Origin: an uncultured Gammaproteobacteria bacterium
Lineage (GTDB): Bacteria; Patescibacteriota; Microgenomatia; Levybacterales; GWA1-39-11
DNA: 64,000 nucleotides
Direction of reading: 5' to 3'
Assembly: GCA_964425075.1 (NCBI GenBank)
Contig: CAYRKM010000001.1
Coordinates: 18,756-82,755 of the forward strand
Shown piece by piece: positions 47,255 to 56,632 of the stretch. The notes beneath the pieces are model-generated. The model ran no database searches, was not told the origin of the DNA, and saw only the letters and a list, made by a program, of their open reading frames with translations. Within the stretch, counting starts at the first letter, position 1. Each line of letters starts with the position of its first letter. A program made the translations under genes and the position numbers.

Positions 47255-47899
47255 CTAATCCTTAATTTCAAACTCTTCGATGATATTTGAGATTGTTCCA
47301 TGCTCACCTAAGTTGGCGACTATAAGTTTGGTAACCTGAAAATCTATAGTTTCAGTTTCGCCTAATGTTTTCATCGCCCCATTCCTATCTTTCTCGTTTT
47401 TAAGCCTTGTTAGAGTAACATGCGGAACGTAAAGCTCACCATGATAAATTGCTCCCGTCTTCAATACGTTTCGTCGTTCTTTTTCACCTAATTCTTCAAG
47501 TTGTTCTAATGCGGGGGGTGCGATAAGTCCTTCGCGAAGTGGATTTGCCAGTTTTAGAATTTGTCGGTGAAACTCCATAATTTCCTTTGATTTTTTTGCG
47601 TTCCACCAAACAAATCTTCCGGGGCTTATCCAAAAATCTGACATAAAAACGGAAAATTTTTTGCTTTCTTTGGAAAATTTTAGAAGAGTCTTTTTTAAAG
47701 AATCAAGATTTTTATATGGAAAATATCCTTGATAAATAGTTATGTGCGGTCTGAAATTTTTAGTATTAAGCGTAAATTCTGATGCAAATTTCTTAGTCAG
47801 ATTTTCACTTTGCTTAATCGCCTCTTTCTTTACATCGACTGAGGGCAAAATCACAATATTTAAAGCAATTGCTCTATTCTTGTCATTACTTGAAATCAT
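47255..47899 (-). CDS. 2H phosphoesterase superfamily protein (LigT-like 2'-5' RNA ligase/cyclic phosphodiesterase)
   Basis: 214 aa; two HxT/Sx motifs (HITIYQG and HVTLTRL). Confidence 0.65.
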   Translation of the reverse strand: MISSNDKNRAIALNIVILPSVDVKKEAIKQSENLTKKFASEFTLNTKNFRPHITIYQGYFPYKNLDSLKKTLLKFSKESKKFSVFMSDFWISPGRFVWWNAKKSKEIMEFHRQILKLANPLREGLIAPPALEQLEELGEKERRNVLKTGAIYHGELYVPHVTLTRLKNEKDRNGAMKTLGETETIDFQVTKLIVANLGEHGTISNIIEEFEIKD

Positions 47900-47946
47900 A
47901 AATACATTTTACCAAACTTACAAATATTGCTCATTGGGCTCTTTTT

Positions 47947-48648
47947 TTGCTAACATGGTATTTCATGATACAAAAAGCAACAGAGCATTTGAAAAGAAAT
48001 GTCACACCAACTTTCTCAAAAAATTTTAGAATTTCATTCCTGCTTCTTTCAATTCTTTTTTTATTTCTTTTTCTTTTATTTACTTTTATAGTAAGAAGTG
48101 ACGCTTTGCGTGTTTTTGATTTTGATACAACAGTAAGACTTCAGGCTCGAATTCCAATAAGAATTGACCCATTTTTCTCCTGGCTTTCGGTTTTTGGGCG
48201 CTTTGAAACGACCTTCGTAATTCTTCTTATTATTTTATTTATCAAAAGAAAGCTTTTGGGAATTGTTGCTTTCTCTTTGTTTGGTTTTGCACACATCATT
48301 GAAATAATTGGCAAGACAATTCTTTCCCAACCCGGACCTCCGCATATGTTTTTAAGAACCCATGAATTGGCTCAAGAATTCCCAGGGCTTTATATTCACA
48401 CAAATGCTTCATATCCATCGGGACACGCCATGCGAACAATTTTTCTATTCATTATTATTGGTTTACTCATATTTAGAAGTAAAAAGATATCCACAGTAAT
48501 AAAACTTTTTGCGTATGGAATTCTTCTTTCTATAGTTCTTCTAATGCTAGTATCCCGTGTTAGTCTTGGCGAGCACTGGACGACTGATGTCATCGGTGGA
48601 GCTCTCCTTGGAGCCTCTTTTGCACTTCTATCCCTTTTGTTTTTGTGA
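47947..48648 (+). CDS. PAP2-family membrane phosphatase
   Basis: 233 aa; KxxxxxxRP-like, PSGH (YPSGHAMR) and SRxxxxxHxxxD (SRVSLGEHWTTDV) motifs. Confidence 0.75.
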   Translation: MLTWYFMIQKATEHLKRNVTPTFSKNFRISFLLLSILFLFLFLLFTFIVRSDALRVFDFDTTVRLQARIPIRIDPFFSWLSVFGRFETTFVILLIILFIKRKLLGIVAFSLFGFAHIIEIIGKTILSQPGPPHMFLRTHELAQEFPGLYIHTNASYPSGHAMRTIFLFIIIGLLIFRSKKISTVIKLFAYGILLSIVLLMLVSRVSLGEHWTTDVIGGALLGASFALLSLLFL

Positions 48649-48684
48649 GCTTGAAAATTACAAAGGGCCCACTATAATTGAACA

Positions 48685-49449
48685 ATGTCAAAAGAAGAGC
48701 TCCCTACAGAACCGGGCATTCACTCAAATCCAATAGATATAGACGGGAATATCGCTCTAAGTGTTTGTCGGACTATGATTGTTGGTGCAAAACCTGCATC
48801 TCAGGAATATGTAGAAGCTGGTTGTTATTTCATGAAAGAAATCCAACCCAATCTCTACGAATTTGCAAAGGAGATGTTTGCCTTAAGAAGCACTATTGGA
48901 AGCGGTTCTGAGCCACAGGAAGATAACCGCTTTGGCTCCACTACAAAACCGCTTGACTCACATGAGGCAAGCTTTATGGATTCATATATGATAGGTGCAC
49001 TTTTGATGTTTCTTATTCTCCAAGATCAATATGAACTTGGAGGAAATCTTTTCCCTAAAATTTCAAAGAATAACACTGCTAATTATTTTGATAACCTTAT
49101 AGATGTTGAGTTAAACCATAGCGAGATTGCAGAAATAAAAGGCTTGAGAATCCCGGAAGACAAAAGCCTTTCGCCCGGAAGGCTTAATTATGCAATAAGG
49201 AATGACACAGTAACTTCAAGCACTCTTCAAAGAGTTACAAAAACATTTGTAGATAATTCGGATTCTACAGTCAGTGAATTTTGGGATACTCAATCATCCT
49301 TTCAGGAGGCCTTAAGACAAAGTGGGTTTTTCAGAAATTTCGGAAGTATTAAGGGAATTGTGTACGGTGCCTGTGATGTATTTAGATGTTTTGAATTAGT
49401 TGAAGAAAACGAAGCTCTTGATAGATGGTATGGGATTGAAACTAAATAG
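48685..49449 (+). CDS. hypothetical protein
   Basis: 254-aa ORF. Confidence 0.5.
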   Translation: MSKEELPTEPGIHSNPIDIDGNIALSVCRTMIVGAKPASQEYVEAGCYFMKEIQPNLYEFAKEMFALRSTIGSGSEPQEDNRFGSTTKPLDSHEASFMDSYMIGALLMFLILQDQYELGGNLFPKISKNNTANYFDNLIDVELNHSEIAEIKGLRIPEDKSLSPGRLNYAIRNDTVTSSTLQRVTKTFVDNSDSTVSEFWDTQSSFQEALRQSGFFRNFGSIKGIVYGACDVFRCFELVEENEALDRWYGIETK

Positions 49450-49450
49450 C

Positions 49451-49485
49451 TTTACTTTAATTTTTCTCGTTCTTTGTGAGGTTGA
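49451..49485. repeat. 35-bp direct repeat copy 1 (duplicate of rpmG 3' end), left boundary of island F segment
   Basis: TTTACTTTAATTTTTCTCGTTCTTTGTGAGGTTGA identical to 51210..51244; both followed by T8-9. Confidence 0.7.
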
Positions 49486-49756
49486 TTTTTTTACACTTCT
49501 ATTACTTCTTTTCCTCTAAGATTCAGCTTCTCTTGCTTTAATTTAACCTAAATTTATAACTTCGTCAGAAATTTGTCATGAAAAATTGACTGTAAGTGGT
49601 AAAATTGTTGAATTGAAAATCCAATTTGGGTTATATCAATAAGCTCTTTAATAATTGGGTGGATTTTTAGTGCTTGAAAGGGTTCTCCCGATCTTAAGAT
49701 ATATTGTCTTCGGATCGGGGGAACTCCCCAAGGGATCACAGAAAGGATCAACAACC

Positions 49757-50896
49757 ATGCCGAGTTTGCGCGGCCAAGAGGTTACCATTTCCGTCATTAA
49801 GGCGGATGTTGGCAGCATCGGAGGCCACACGCGCCCAAGCCCAACCATGATCAGACACGCGGAAAGAGCCATCGAAGGCGCAATCCGCGAAGGACTCATC
49901 GTGGACGGCTTCGCCACCTTCATCGGTGACGACACTGCCCTGAACATGCTTCACACTCGTGGAGAAAACTCGCAGGACGTACATCTCTTCGCATCAACGA
50001 CGTTCTTCGAGATGACCGGGATCGCGGAGAGAGAAGGTCTCTATGGCGCAGGCCAAGACCTCCTTGAGAGTGCTCCCAGCGGCAACGTCCGCGGAGCGGG
50101 ACCTGGTGCTGCCGAGATCGAATTCGTTCTCTTGCCTGACCGACGTTCGGCGGAGAGCATGATGATCTTCTCTGCAGACAAGTGCGGACCGGGAATGTTC
50201 AATCCCTACATCCGCGACGTCCTCACCAGCCCTGACGTCAACGGAGGGCTTCTTATTGCCTCTCCGCAGCGAGCAGGCTTCACGGTGAAGATCATCGACA
50301 TGAGTCCAGGGGCAAAGCAGGCCATCACGCTCACTCTGCCTGAAGACCGAGATGCGATGGCTGCTCTTCTGAGGACGCCAGACGTCTTCGCTGTCAAAAG
50401 CGTCTATTCGGGTCAGCATCCCGAAGAAAAGCTGATGGACTGCACGACCGACAGGCTTCACAGCTTCGGACCGACCGTGTACAAGGGCAAAGATGACCCT
50501 GTGCTCATTGTCCGAAATCAGGGGCTGTCCCTGGCACCGGAGGAGATCCTTCGACCGTGGACAAATCCGCGCAGAACCACAGGCGGCGCCCGTGGGAGCT
50601 CGGTGCAATACCCCTTCCCGAGCGCCATCAACACCCCGGTGACAGGAGCTTACTGCCAGACGCTAGTCGCCTGCATCGGCTTCTCGGTCAGCGAGGAGGG
50701 CAAGTTCTCGGAACGGGTCGACTTCTTTGCTTGGCCCGTCTGGGACTGGACACGTCAGCAGGTCTCCAAGCTTGCTAACCAGCTCTACCGCGAGGGGTTC
50801 AACGAAATGGCAATCGCCTCGAGTGGCGAACTCGCCTACACAGGCCTTCGTGACCTGGACGAGGCACTTTTGGCCCGTTTCGAGCCCATCGACTAG
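49757..50896 (+). CDS. fbp: bifunctional fructose-1,6-bisphosphate aldolase/phosphatase (class V FBPase, archaeal type), island F
   Basis: 380 aa from MPSLRGQEVTISVIKADVGSIGGHTRPS; ISVIKADxGS, GDDTALNMLHTRGE and GLYGAGQDLLESAPSGNVRGAGPGAAEIEF blocks match the FBP aldolase/phosphatase family; ~60% GC. Confidence 0.8.
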   Translation: MPSLRGQEVTISVIKADVGSIGGHTRPSPTMIRHAERAIEGAIREGLIVDGFATFIGDDTALNMLHTRGENSQDVHLFASTTFFEMTGIAEREGLYGAGQDLLESAPSGNVRGAGPGAAEIEFVLLPDRRSAESMMIFSADKCGPGMFNPYIRDVLTSPDVNGGLLIASPQRAGFTVKIIDMSPGAKQAITLTLPEDRDAMAALLRTPDVFAVKSVYSGQHPEEKLMDCTTDRLHSFGPTVYKGKDDPVLIVRNQGLSLAPEEILRPWTNPRRTTGGARGSSVQYPFPSAINTPVTGAYCQTLVACIGFSVSEEGKFSERVDFFAWPVWDWTRQQVSKLANQLYREGFNEMAIASSGELAYTGLRDLDEALLARFEPID

Positions 50897-51209
50897 TCCG
50901 GGGTAACCGGAGATCCACCCATCCCGAGAGAAGAGTCCCTGCCAGTACTACATAGACTGCAGACTGACCTCAGGAGAATGCATTCCTGAACGTCTTTTTG
51001 CAGCAAAATGTAATGCTTACTCTTCTCTCTCACCCTTTGCAAATGAAGCTCCACGAGTTAACACTCATGGTATCTTCTTTTCCTCGCTTGCGCCTTAGAG
51101 GGTATTAAGCTCGGAAAATAAAAAGGTTTGTTTTCAAAGGATGAGAATAATATGAATTTTTTGACGGAATTATCTAAAAAAATGGGGATTGAAGGAGGAT
51201 TAAAGTTAA

Positions 51210-51244
51210 TTTACTTTAATTTTTCTCGTTCTTTGTGAGGTTGA
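51210..51244. repeat. 35-bp direct repeat copy 2 = last 34 nt plus stop of rpmG
   Basis: see copy 1. Confidence 0.7.
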
Positions 51245-51390
51245 ATTTTTTTGCAATTCTTGCAGTACTTTTTAAGATTGAGTTTTTCAGGCGTGTTTAG
51301 CTTGTTGCGCTCACTAATATAGTTAACGCTTTTACAAACGGTGCATTGTAGCCCCAAAATAAATCGTACGTCTCCTTTTTTCTTTGCCAT
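51211..51390 (-). CDS. rpmG: 50S ribosomal protein L33
   Basis: 59 aa (below ORF-track cutoff): MAKKKGDVRFILGLQCTVCKSVNYISERNKLNTPEKLNLKKYCKNCKKIQPHKEREKLK; CxxC...CxxC zinc-ribbon L33. Confidence 0.85.
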   Translation of the reverse strand: MAKKKGDVRFILGLQCTVCKSVNYISERNKLNTPEKLNLKKYCKNCKKIQPHKEREKLK

Positions 51391-51637
51391 ATTTAAAAAA
51401 GTAAATATAAATAAAAGTCCTTGTTTTTTAAATATACCGAGAGTCTCGGTTCAAATGGTCAGTTGAGCATTTGAACAAGAGTTGTCGGTATATGGGTTTA
51501 AATAATCGAATTCAAACCCGTAAGTTCAAATTATACAAGATAGCCTGAAATTAATCAAGGATACTTTTTGAAGACAAAAGCCTTACTACCTCTTTCAATT
51601 GAGTTCATTTATTGATAAAATTTCAGAACTAAATTTT

Positions 51638-51709
51638 GCCTCGGTGGCTCAGTGGCAGAGCACGTTCTTGGTAAGAACGGGGTCGTGGGTTCGATTCCCA
51701 CTCGAGGCT
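51638..51709 (+). tRNA. tRNA-Thr (anticodon GGT)
   Basis: GCCTCGG-TG-GCTC-AGTGGCA-GAGC-A-CGTTC-TTGGTAA-GAACG-GGGTC-GTGGG-TTCGATT-CCCAC-TCGAGGC-T. Confidence 0.85.
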
Positions 51710-51882
51710 CAAGGCAAATTTGCCTCACTGCTTTTCATTTCAGCCTATTTTTTGTACAATATCAGGACGTATTTTGCCGAGATGGAGACATGACTATGCA
51801 GACCGAAGGTCACAGCGGTCATCGAAGCGAAGCTTAAATACGAACAACAAAAAATTGAGGTTAAACTTGAAGTGATATTAAT

Positions 51883-51967
51883 GCCGAGATGGCGGAGCGG
51901 TCAATCGCAACAGACTGTAAATCTGTCGCCCGTACGGGCTACATAGGTTCAAATCCTATTCTCGGCA
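51883..51967 (+). tRNA. tRNA-Tyr (anticodon GTA) with long variable arm
   Basis: acceptor GCCGAGA/TCTCGGC, anticodon arm ACAGA-CTGTAAA-TCTGT, variable stem GCCCG-TA-CGGGC, T-arm ATAGG-TTCAAAT-CCTAT. Confidence 0.85.
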
Positions 51968-51997
51968 CAAAAATTGCGTAGAAATTTTTGTGAAGAG

Positions 51998-52214
51998 AAC
52001 AAGGTTTTCTTATTCTCGGCACAAAATTGTAGATTTTGGGTTGAGAACAAGGTTTTCTTATTCTTGGCACAAACGAAGCGTAGTGTCCGAGAGCAAGGTT
52101 TTCTTATTCTCGGCACAAAATTGTAGATTTTGGGTTGAGAACAAGGTTTTCTTATTCTTGGCACAAACGAAGCGTAGTGTCCGAGAGCAAGGTTTTCTTA
52201 TTCTCGGCACAAAT
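51998..52214 (+). repeat. tandem array (5 copies) of a 28-nt unit AACAAGGTTTTCTTATTCT(C/T)GGCACAAA derived from the tRNA-Tyr 3' end, with alternating 20-nt spacers
   Basis: copies at 51998, 52046, 52094, 52140, 52188; spacers alternate ATTGTAGATTTTGGGTTGAG and CGAAGCGTAGTGTCCGAGAG (a 96-bp unit repeated ~2.3 times); the unit's last ~17 nt equal the tRNA-Tyr 3' end. Confidence 0.7.
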
Positions 52215-52413
52215 CTTTTCTGTGTTAAACCACAAATACTTTTACTTTCAGACATAAATTTCCCCTATTTGCATCCCATAACACATTTTTTACCTCAAAA
52301 CTGAGTTTTACTCCAGGACTGTGGATGGAGTGTGGACAAGATTTACTATATGACTTCTGTTTTTCTTATGAGATATGCTCTACTTTCTGAAGTCAAAATT
52401 TAGAAAAAGTTAT

Positions 52414-52866
52414 CTATTTTTTGGTGGGACTAGGACTTAATGAAGGTGAAGGTAAGGCGCTTGGTGCATCTCCTTTCACAACTGGACCGATATCTACAAC
52501 CTTCTTTATCGAAGGCCTATAAAGGATAGCTTTCTTGCTTTCGGGGTAAATAAGTACCTTGTCCCCATTTTCAGCGTTTTTGAAAAGCGGTTGGCCCTCA
52601 AGTTGTTTTTTGTCAACTACAGTTGCAATTGTTACCGGTCCACCAGGCAAAATTACACTTTTTGCAACCTCATTTACCAAAGAATCCACCTCATTTGCCC
52701 CGAGCACTTTTTCTGAAGAATAATAATCTTTAAAAATAAAATAACCCACCCCAAGACCCAGCATTATTAATAGGAAGAAAACAACAAGAATAATAGGAAC
52801 AGCTTTTGAACGAGGTTCTCTTTTCGTATCGGACATATCGTTATGTATTGTGCCAAATTCTCGCAT
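52414..52866 (-). CDS. membrane-anchored protein, paralog of the N-terminal domain of 55694..56584
   Basis: 150 aa; TM then ...ATVVDKKQLEGQPLFKNAENGDKVLIYPESKKAILYRPSIKKVVDIG, closely matching ...ATISDIAKLENQPFFREAKNGDKLIIYAGIRKAILYRPEIKKIIEIS; P/S-rich tail. Confidence 0.5.
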   Translation of the reverse strand: MREFGTIHNDMSDTKREPRSKAVPIILVVFFLLIMLGLGVGYFIFKDYYSSEKVLGANEVDSLVNEVAKSVILPGGPVTIATVVDKKQLEGQPLFKNAENGDKVLIYPESKKAILYRPSIKKVVDIGPVVKGDAPSALPSPSLSPSPTKK

Positions 52867-52918
52867 TATTTGTCAAACCATATTGTGCATGAGGCTTATT
52901 CTAGGGTAATATGAATAT

Positions 52919-55669
52919 ATGAAGGTATTTAAACGCCTAATAGCTTGTCTTGTGCTTATCCTGCTCCTTTTCGGACTATTTCCGCCTCCGCCAATCTATT
53001 CTGGTGATCTTTCAAATACGACATTAAGACTAACTAGGCAAAAAATTTCCACCTCATCAGGTGGAATGGTTTGTGCGCAAACTCCCTCATCTGACAATGG
53101 AACTGAAGCAAGTGTGCAGGTTATCTTTCCTACAGGATTTACAGTTAATTCTACAGCCTCAAATTGGACAGTTACAACTTCAAATCTTGCAAATGGGGCA
53201 ACAGCCTGGCCGGGAATTGATACGGCTACGGCTGTTTCTGGTCAAATTGTTACATTTCCAAGTACAAATTTATCGGCAAATACACTATATTGTTTTAATT
53301 TTTCTTCCTCAAGCACTCTTACCAACCCATCTTCAGCCGGAAATTATAGTGGAACCATCCGCACTCGTACTTCAGGTGCTGCAACTATAGACAGTAGGGA
53401 TTATGGAGTGGCAATTGTAAGTAACGAGCAAATTACTGTAACAGCAACAGTTGCAGCCTCACCAACTGACTATCAGGTTTCACTTGCCAAAACTTCACCC
53501 GCTAGTAGCACCTTTGCACAAGACACAACTATAGCCTATCAATTAACCTACGGCACAACACTTAATTATGCCACATCAATTACTGTTGAAGCACAGTGGA
53601 GTCTTGGTACAATTGAGGGATCAGGTGCGCCGACAGTTTCGGCTTTGAATTATGTAGTAGGAAGTGCATCCAATGGATATAATAGCACTGCTCCCGTCAT
53701 TGACACAACAAACAGAAAAATTACCTGGACAATTTCTTCATTCCCAGGCAATACATCTAACCAAACTGTAACTTTCAGTCTTAAAACCACTGATAATTAT
53801 ACAGGCTCTCTTGACGTTGACTTCACTACAAGTGGAAGGGTGCTTGGACCTGGAACTCAAACATCAGACTCAGATGTAAATGGCACCTATATATATAACT
53901 ACGGTATTACTCCAACTCCACAATCTGCTGCAGCTCCGGGGGGCGATGGGAGGTCTGATGGAAGGTCTGACGGCAGAGGAGGTTCCACCACCACAAATTC
54001 GCCACTTGCAATTGGTGATGTTGGGGTAAGAACTATTTCTGCAACTAATGCAACAATATTTGTAGAAACAAACAAAGCTTCATCCGTTACACTTTCGTAT
54101 GGAACTTCCCGAAATTCACTTATTAACACCGTAACTTCAGGAAACACACTACAACACCTGCTAAAACTCCAAAATCTTACTCCAAATACCCAATATTATT
54201 TTAGAATAACTGCACGTAGCGAATCAGAAACAGCCACCTCAGACCTCTTTACTTTCACAACTGCACTCGATATTCCCCCGCCGGAAATTGATAATAATTC
54301 ATTGAATATAACAGTTGGGGATGTCATACTCTCAGATCCATCTAAGGCATTGAATAACATCGCTAGAATAGTCTTACCTACAAATACGGCTTATTCCTTT
54401 AAGTTTATGATTTCTAATTTTAAAAACATAAAAGATGTAAGGGTTATAGCTAGAAATAAAAACGTACTCGGTGCAAACACACTAGGCAATAGAGGACTAA
54501 GCACAAATGAAGTTAGCCTTTCCGAAGTAAATCCAGGCCAATATATTGGAAGGCTTCAAAGTGACCAAAACCCCGAAACCTACCAAATATTTGTTAGTGT
54601 CTCAGACTTTAACGGAAATATCGCAGAACAACTCCTTGCAGAACTTCATGTAAAGCGTCCTTTCACGATTGTGTCAGCGAGAGATAATTCGCCTGTTGAA
54701 AATGCCAGGGTTACTATTTACTATCTCCACCCCAGATTCAAAACCTATGAACTCATTTCCAAGAATCTGCTAGAAATCCAGAATCCTGAATATAGCAACA
54801 TTGAAGGAATAGTAGATATTGCATTGCCTCAAGCGAAATATCGAGCTGAAATTGAAGCTTTAGGCTTTGCTACCAAAACCGTGGATTTTGAAATAGGAAT
54901 TGGGCCGGGTCAAGGTTACCCTCAAGTAAAATTGGAACCTACAGGGTTTGGTTTTATTGAAACAATAACATTTATTGTAGTAGTAGCTGGTGATGTTTTC
55001 TCTACATTTAATTCACTTATACAAGAACTAGGTTTCTCAAATAGAATGTTTGGATTTTTAGCTCTTATTACAGCAATTGAATTTACAATACTCCTCTTTT
55101 TTAGTTTTGCTGTTTATTTTGCCGTTACCCCCTGGAGACTTCCTTTTTATATTTTTTACCACCTCACAGCTTTTCTTAGAAAGGACAAGAACGGACAGAT
55201 TATAAAGGGGACTGTTATCAACCGCGAGGATGGATACGGAGTTAAGGGAATTTTGGTTTATATTCACAAGGGTTTAGGTAAGGTAATTGGCCATACTATA
55301 ACCAACTCGTTTGGTGAGTTTTATATACGGGTACCATCCTCAGGGTCTTACAGTATAACTACAATGCATAAATCATTTAAATCCACTCCTTCTTTCCGAG
55401 TCGAAAATGCATCAGGAGTTCAGAAGATTTACATTGAGGAGAAACGATTAAATAAACTCTCACTATTCCTGCACAAAACAGGATGGTATGGGGGGTATTT
55501 ATTATGCGACTTTATAGAGCTTTCTTTATTAATAACTCTTGTAATTGAAATACTTTTTGTTGTAAACCTCGGGTTTCTAAAAACCTTACCATTTCTTATC
55601 CTCGCAATTTCAAACTTTATACTTCTTCTTTACTTTAGAAAACACAAAGACGAGGCTAAAATTAGATAA
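52919..55669 (+). CDS. large S/T-rich surface protein with carboxypeptidase-regulatory-like domains and C-terminal multi-TM region
   Basis: 916 aa; signal peptide; GRSDGRSDGRGG tandem repeat; two CarboxypepD_reg-like segments (ARVTIYY...AEIEALGFATKTVDFEI; KGTVINREDGYGVKGILVYIHK...); four or more C-terminal TM helices. Confidence 0.6.
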   Translation: MKVFKRLIACLVLILLLFGLFPPPPIYSGDLSNTTLRLTRQKISTSSGGMVCAQTPSSDNGTEASVQVIFPTGFTVNSTASNWTVTTSNLANGATAWPGIDTATAVSGQIVTFPSTNLSANTLYCFNFSSSSTLTNPSSAGNYSGTIRTRTSGAATIDSRDYGVAIVSNEQITVTATVAASPTDYQVSLAKTSPASSTFAQDTTIAYQLTYGTTLNYATSITVEAQWSLGTIEGSGAPTVSALNYVVGSASNGYNSTAPVIDTTNRKITWTISSFPGNTSNQTVTFSLKTTDNYTGSLDVDFTTSGRVLGPGTQTSDSDVNGTYIYNYGITPTPQSAAAPGGDGRSDGRSDGRGGSTTTNSPLAIGDVGVRTISATNATIFVETNKASSVTLSYGTSRNSLINTVTSGNTLQHLLKLQNLTPNTQYYFRITARSESETATSDLFTFTTALDIPPPEIDNNSLNITVGDVILSDPSKALNNIARIVLPTNTAYSFKFMISNFKNIKDVRVIARNKNVLGANTLGNRGLSTNEVSLSEVNPGQYIGRLQSDQNPETYQIFVSVSDFNGNIAEQLLAELHVKRPFTIVSARDNSPVENARVTIYYLHPRFKTYELISKNLLEIQNPEYSNIEGIVDIALPQAKYRAEIEALGFATKTVDFEIGIGPGQGYPQVKLEPTGFGFIETITFIVVVAGDVFSTFNSLIQELGFSNRMFGFLALITAIEFTILLFFSFAVYFAVTPWRLPFYIFYHLTAFLRKDKNGQIIKGTVINREDGYGVKGILVYIHKGLGKVIGHTITNSFGEFYIRVPSSGSYSITTMHKSFKSTPSFRVENASGVQKIYIEEKRLNKLSLFLHKTGWYGGYLLCDFIELSLLITLVIEILFVVNLGFLKTLPFLILAISNFILLLYFRKHKDEAKIR

Positions 55670-55693
55670 GTGTTTGCCCATCTACCATCTATT

Positions 55694-56584
55694 CTAATAT
55701 TGTTCTGCAAAATCATCCCCCAAAATAAGGACAGCATCAGCGTTTGATGGTTTTGTTTCTCCTTCAGGAAGGCTTACAACATCAGGAGTTACTTTCGTAA
55801 TGCCTTTTATGGCCTCTTTCAACTTACTTTCAGAGATGGGGTTTGATGTGTCTACAGATGAGATTGATGTAGTTTGATAGTCCTCTTTTGCATTCCCCGT
55901 TGATACAATTTCTATGCTGTCCCCCTCTAAAATATCAGAGGCCTTTTTTGCAAGACCACCCTCTTTTGTACCATTAAGAATTACAATTTTTATAACTTTT
56001 TCTTCTGCTTCTACTATCGGCGTTGGAGTTAGAGTGGGCTCAGAAAGATTTGGGGCGTTATTTGTTTGATCAGATTCTCCTTCACCAATTGTCGAAATTT
56101 CAATGATCTTCTTTATCTCTGGCCTATAAAGTATTGCTTTTCTTATACCTGCATAAATTATCAACTTATCTCCATTCTTTGCTTCTCTAAAAAAAGGCTG
56201 ATTTTCAAGTTTTGCTATATCGGATATTGTTGCAACCGTTGGCTTCTCATCACTCGAAAGCAATACTTTCTCACCAACTTCTTGCAGTAAAGCATCAATT
56301 TCCGCTAGATTTCCCTCTTTTTCACCTGAAAATATATTTAAAAATTTACCGCGGATAGGAGAAGCTAAAATACCCAACAAGATTGTTACAATAAGCACAA
56401 ATCCAAAAAGGAACTTTCTATCTGATAGCACTTTTTTTGGAATAATTCTTAAGAAATTGAGATTAAGTCTTAGTTTTGGTTTTGTAACAGAATCCCCCTT
56501 GGTCTGCTCAAAAAATGATTTTTTACTATCTTGGGCCACTTTCTTCACACTATTTATGATAGGGTAATCAAAAGGCAACGTCAA
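55694..56584 (-). CDS. membrane-anchored protein with C-terminal LytR_C-type domain
   Basis: 296 aa; N-terminal TM; C-terminal IVILNGTKEGGLAKKASDILEG...VSTGNAKEDYQTTSI...DAVLILGDDF matches the LytR C-terminal domain pattern. Confidence 0.55.
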   Translation of the reverse strand: MTLPFDYPIINSVKKVAQDSKKSFFEQTKGDSVTKPKLRLNLNFLRIIPKKVLSDRKFLFGFVLIVTILLGILASPIRGKFLNIFSGEKEGNLAEIDALLQEVGEKVLLSSDEKPTVATISDIAKLENQPFFREAKNGDKLIIYAGIRKAILYRPEIKKIIEISTIGEGESDQTNNAPNLSEPTLTPTPIVEAEEKVIKIVILNGTKEGGLAKKASDILEGDSIEIVSTGNAKEDYQTTSISSVDTSNPISESKLKEAIKGITKVTPDVVSLPEGETKPSNADAVLILGDDFAEQY

Positions 56585-56632
56585 GAATTCTATCTAAATT
56601 CCTCAAAAGAAAATCAAGACTGGTAATTCTAC

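Noticed and set aside
51998-52214. CRISPR array downstream of tRNA-Tyr
   Set aside because: Spacers are only 20 nt and alternate between two sequences (not unique). The repeat derives from the tRNA-Tyr 3' end. No cas genes nearby. It is a tandem duplication array, not CRISPR.
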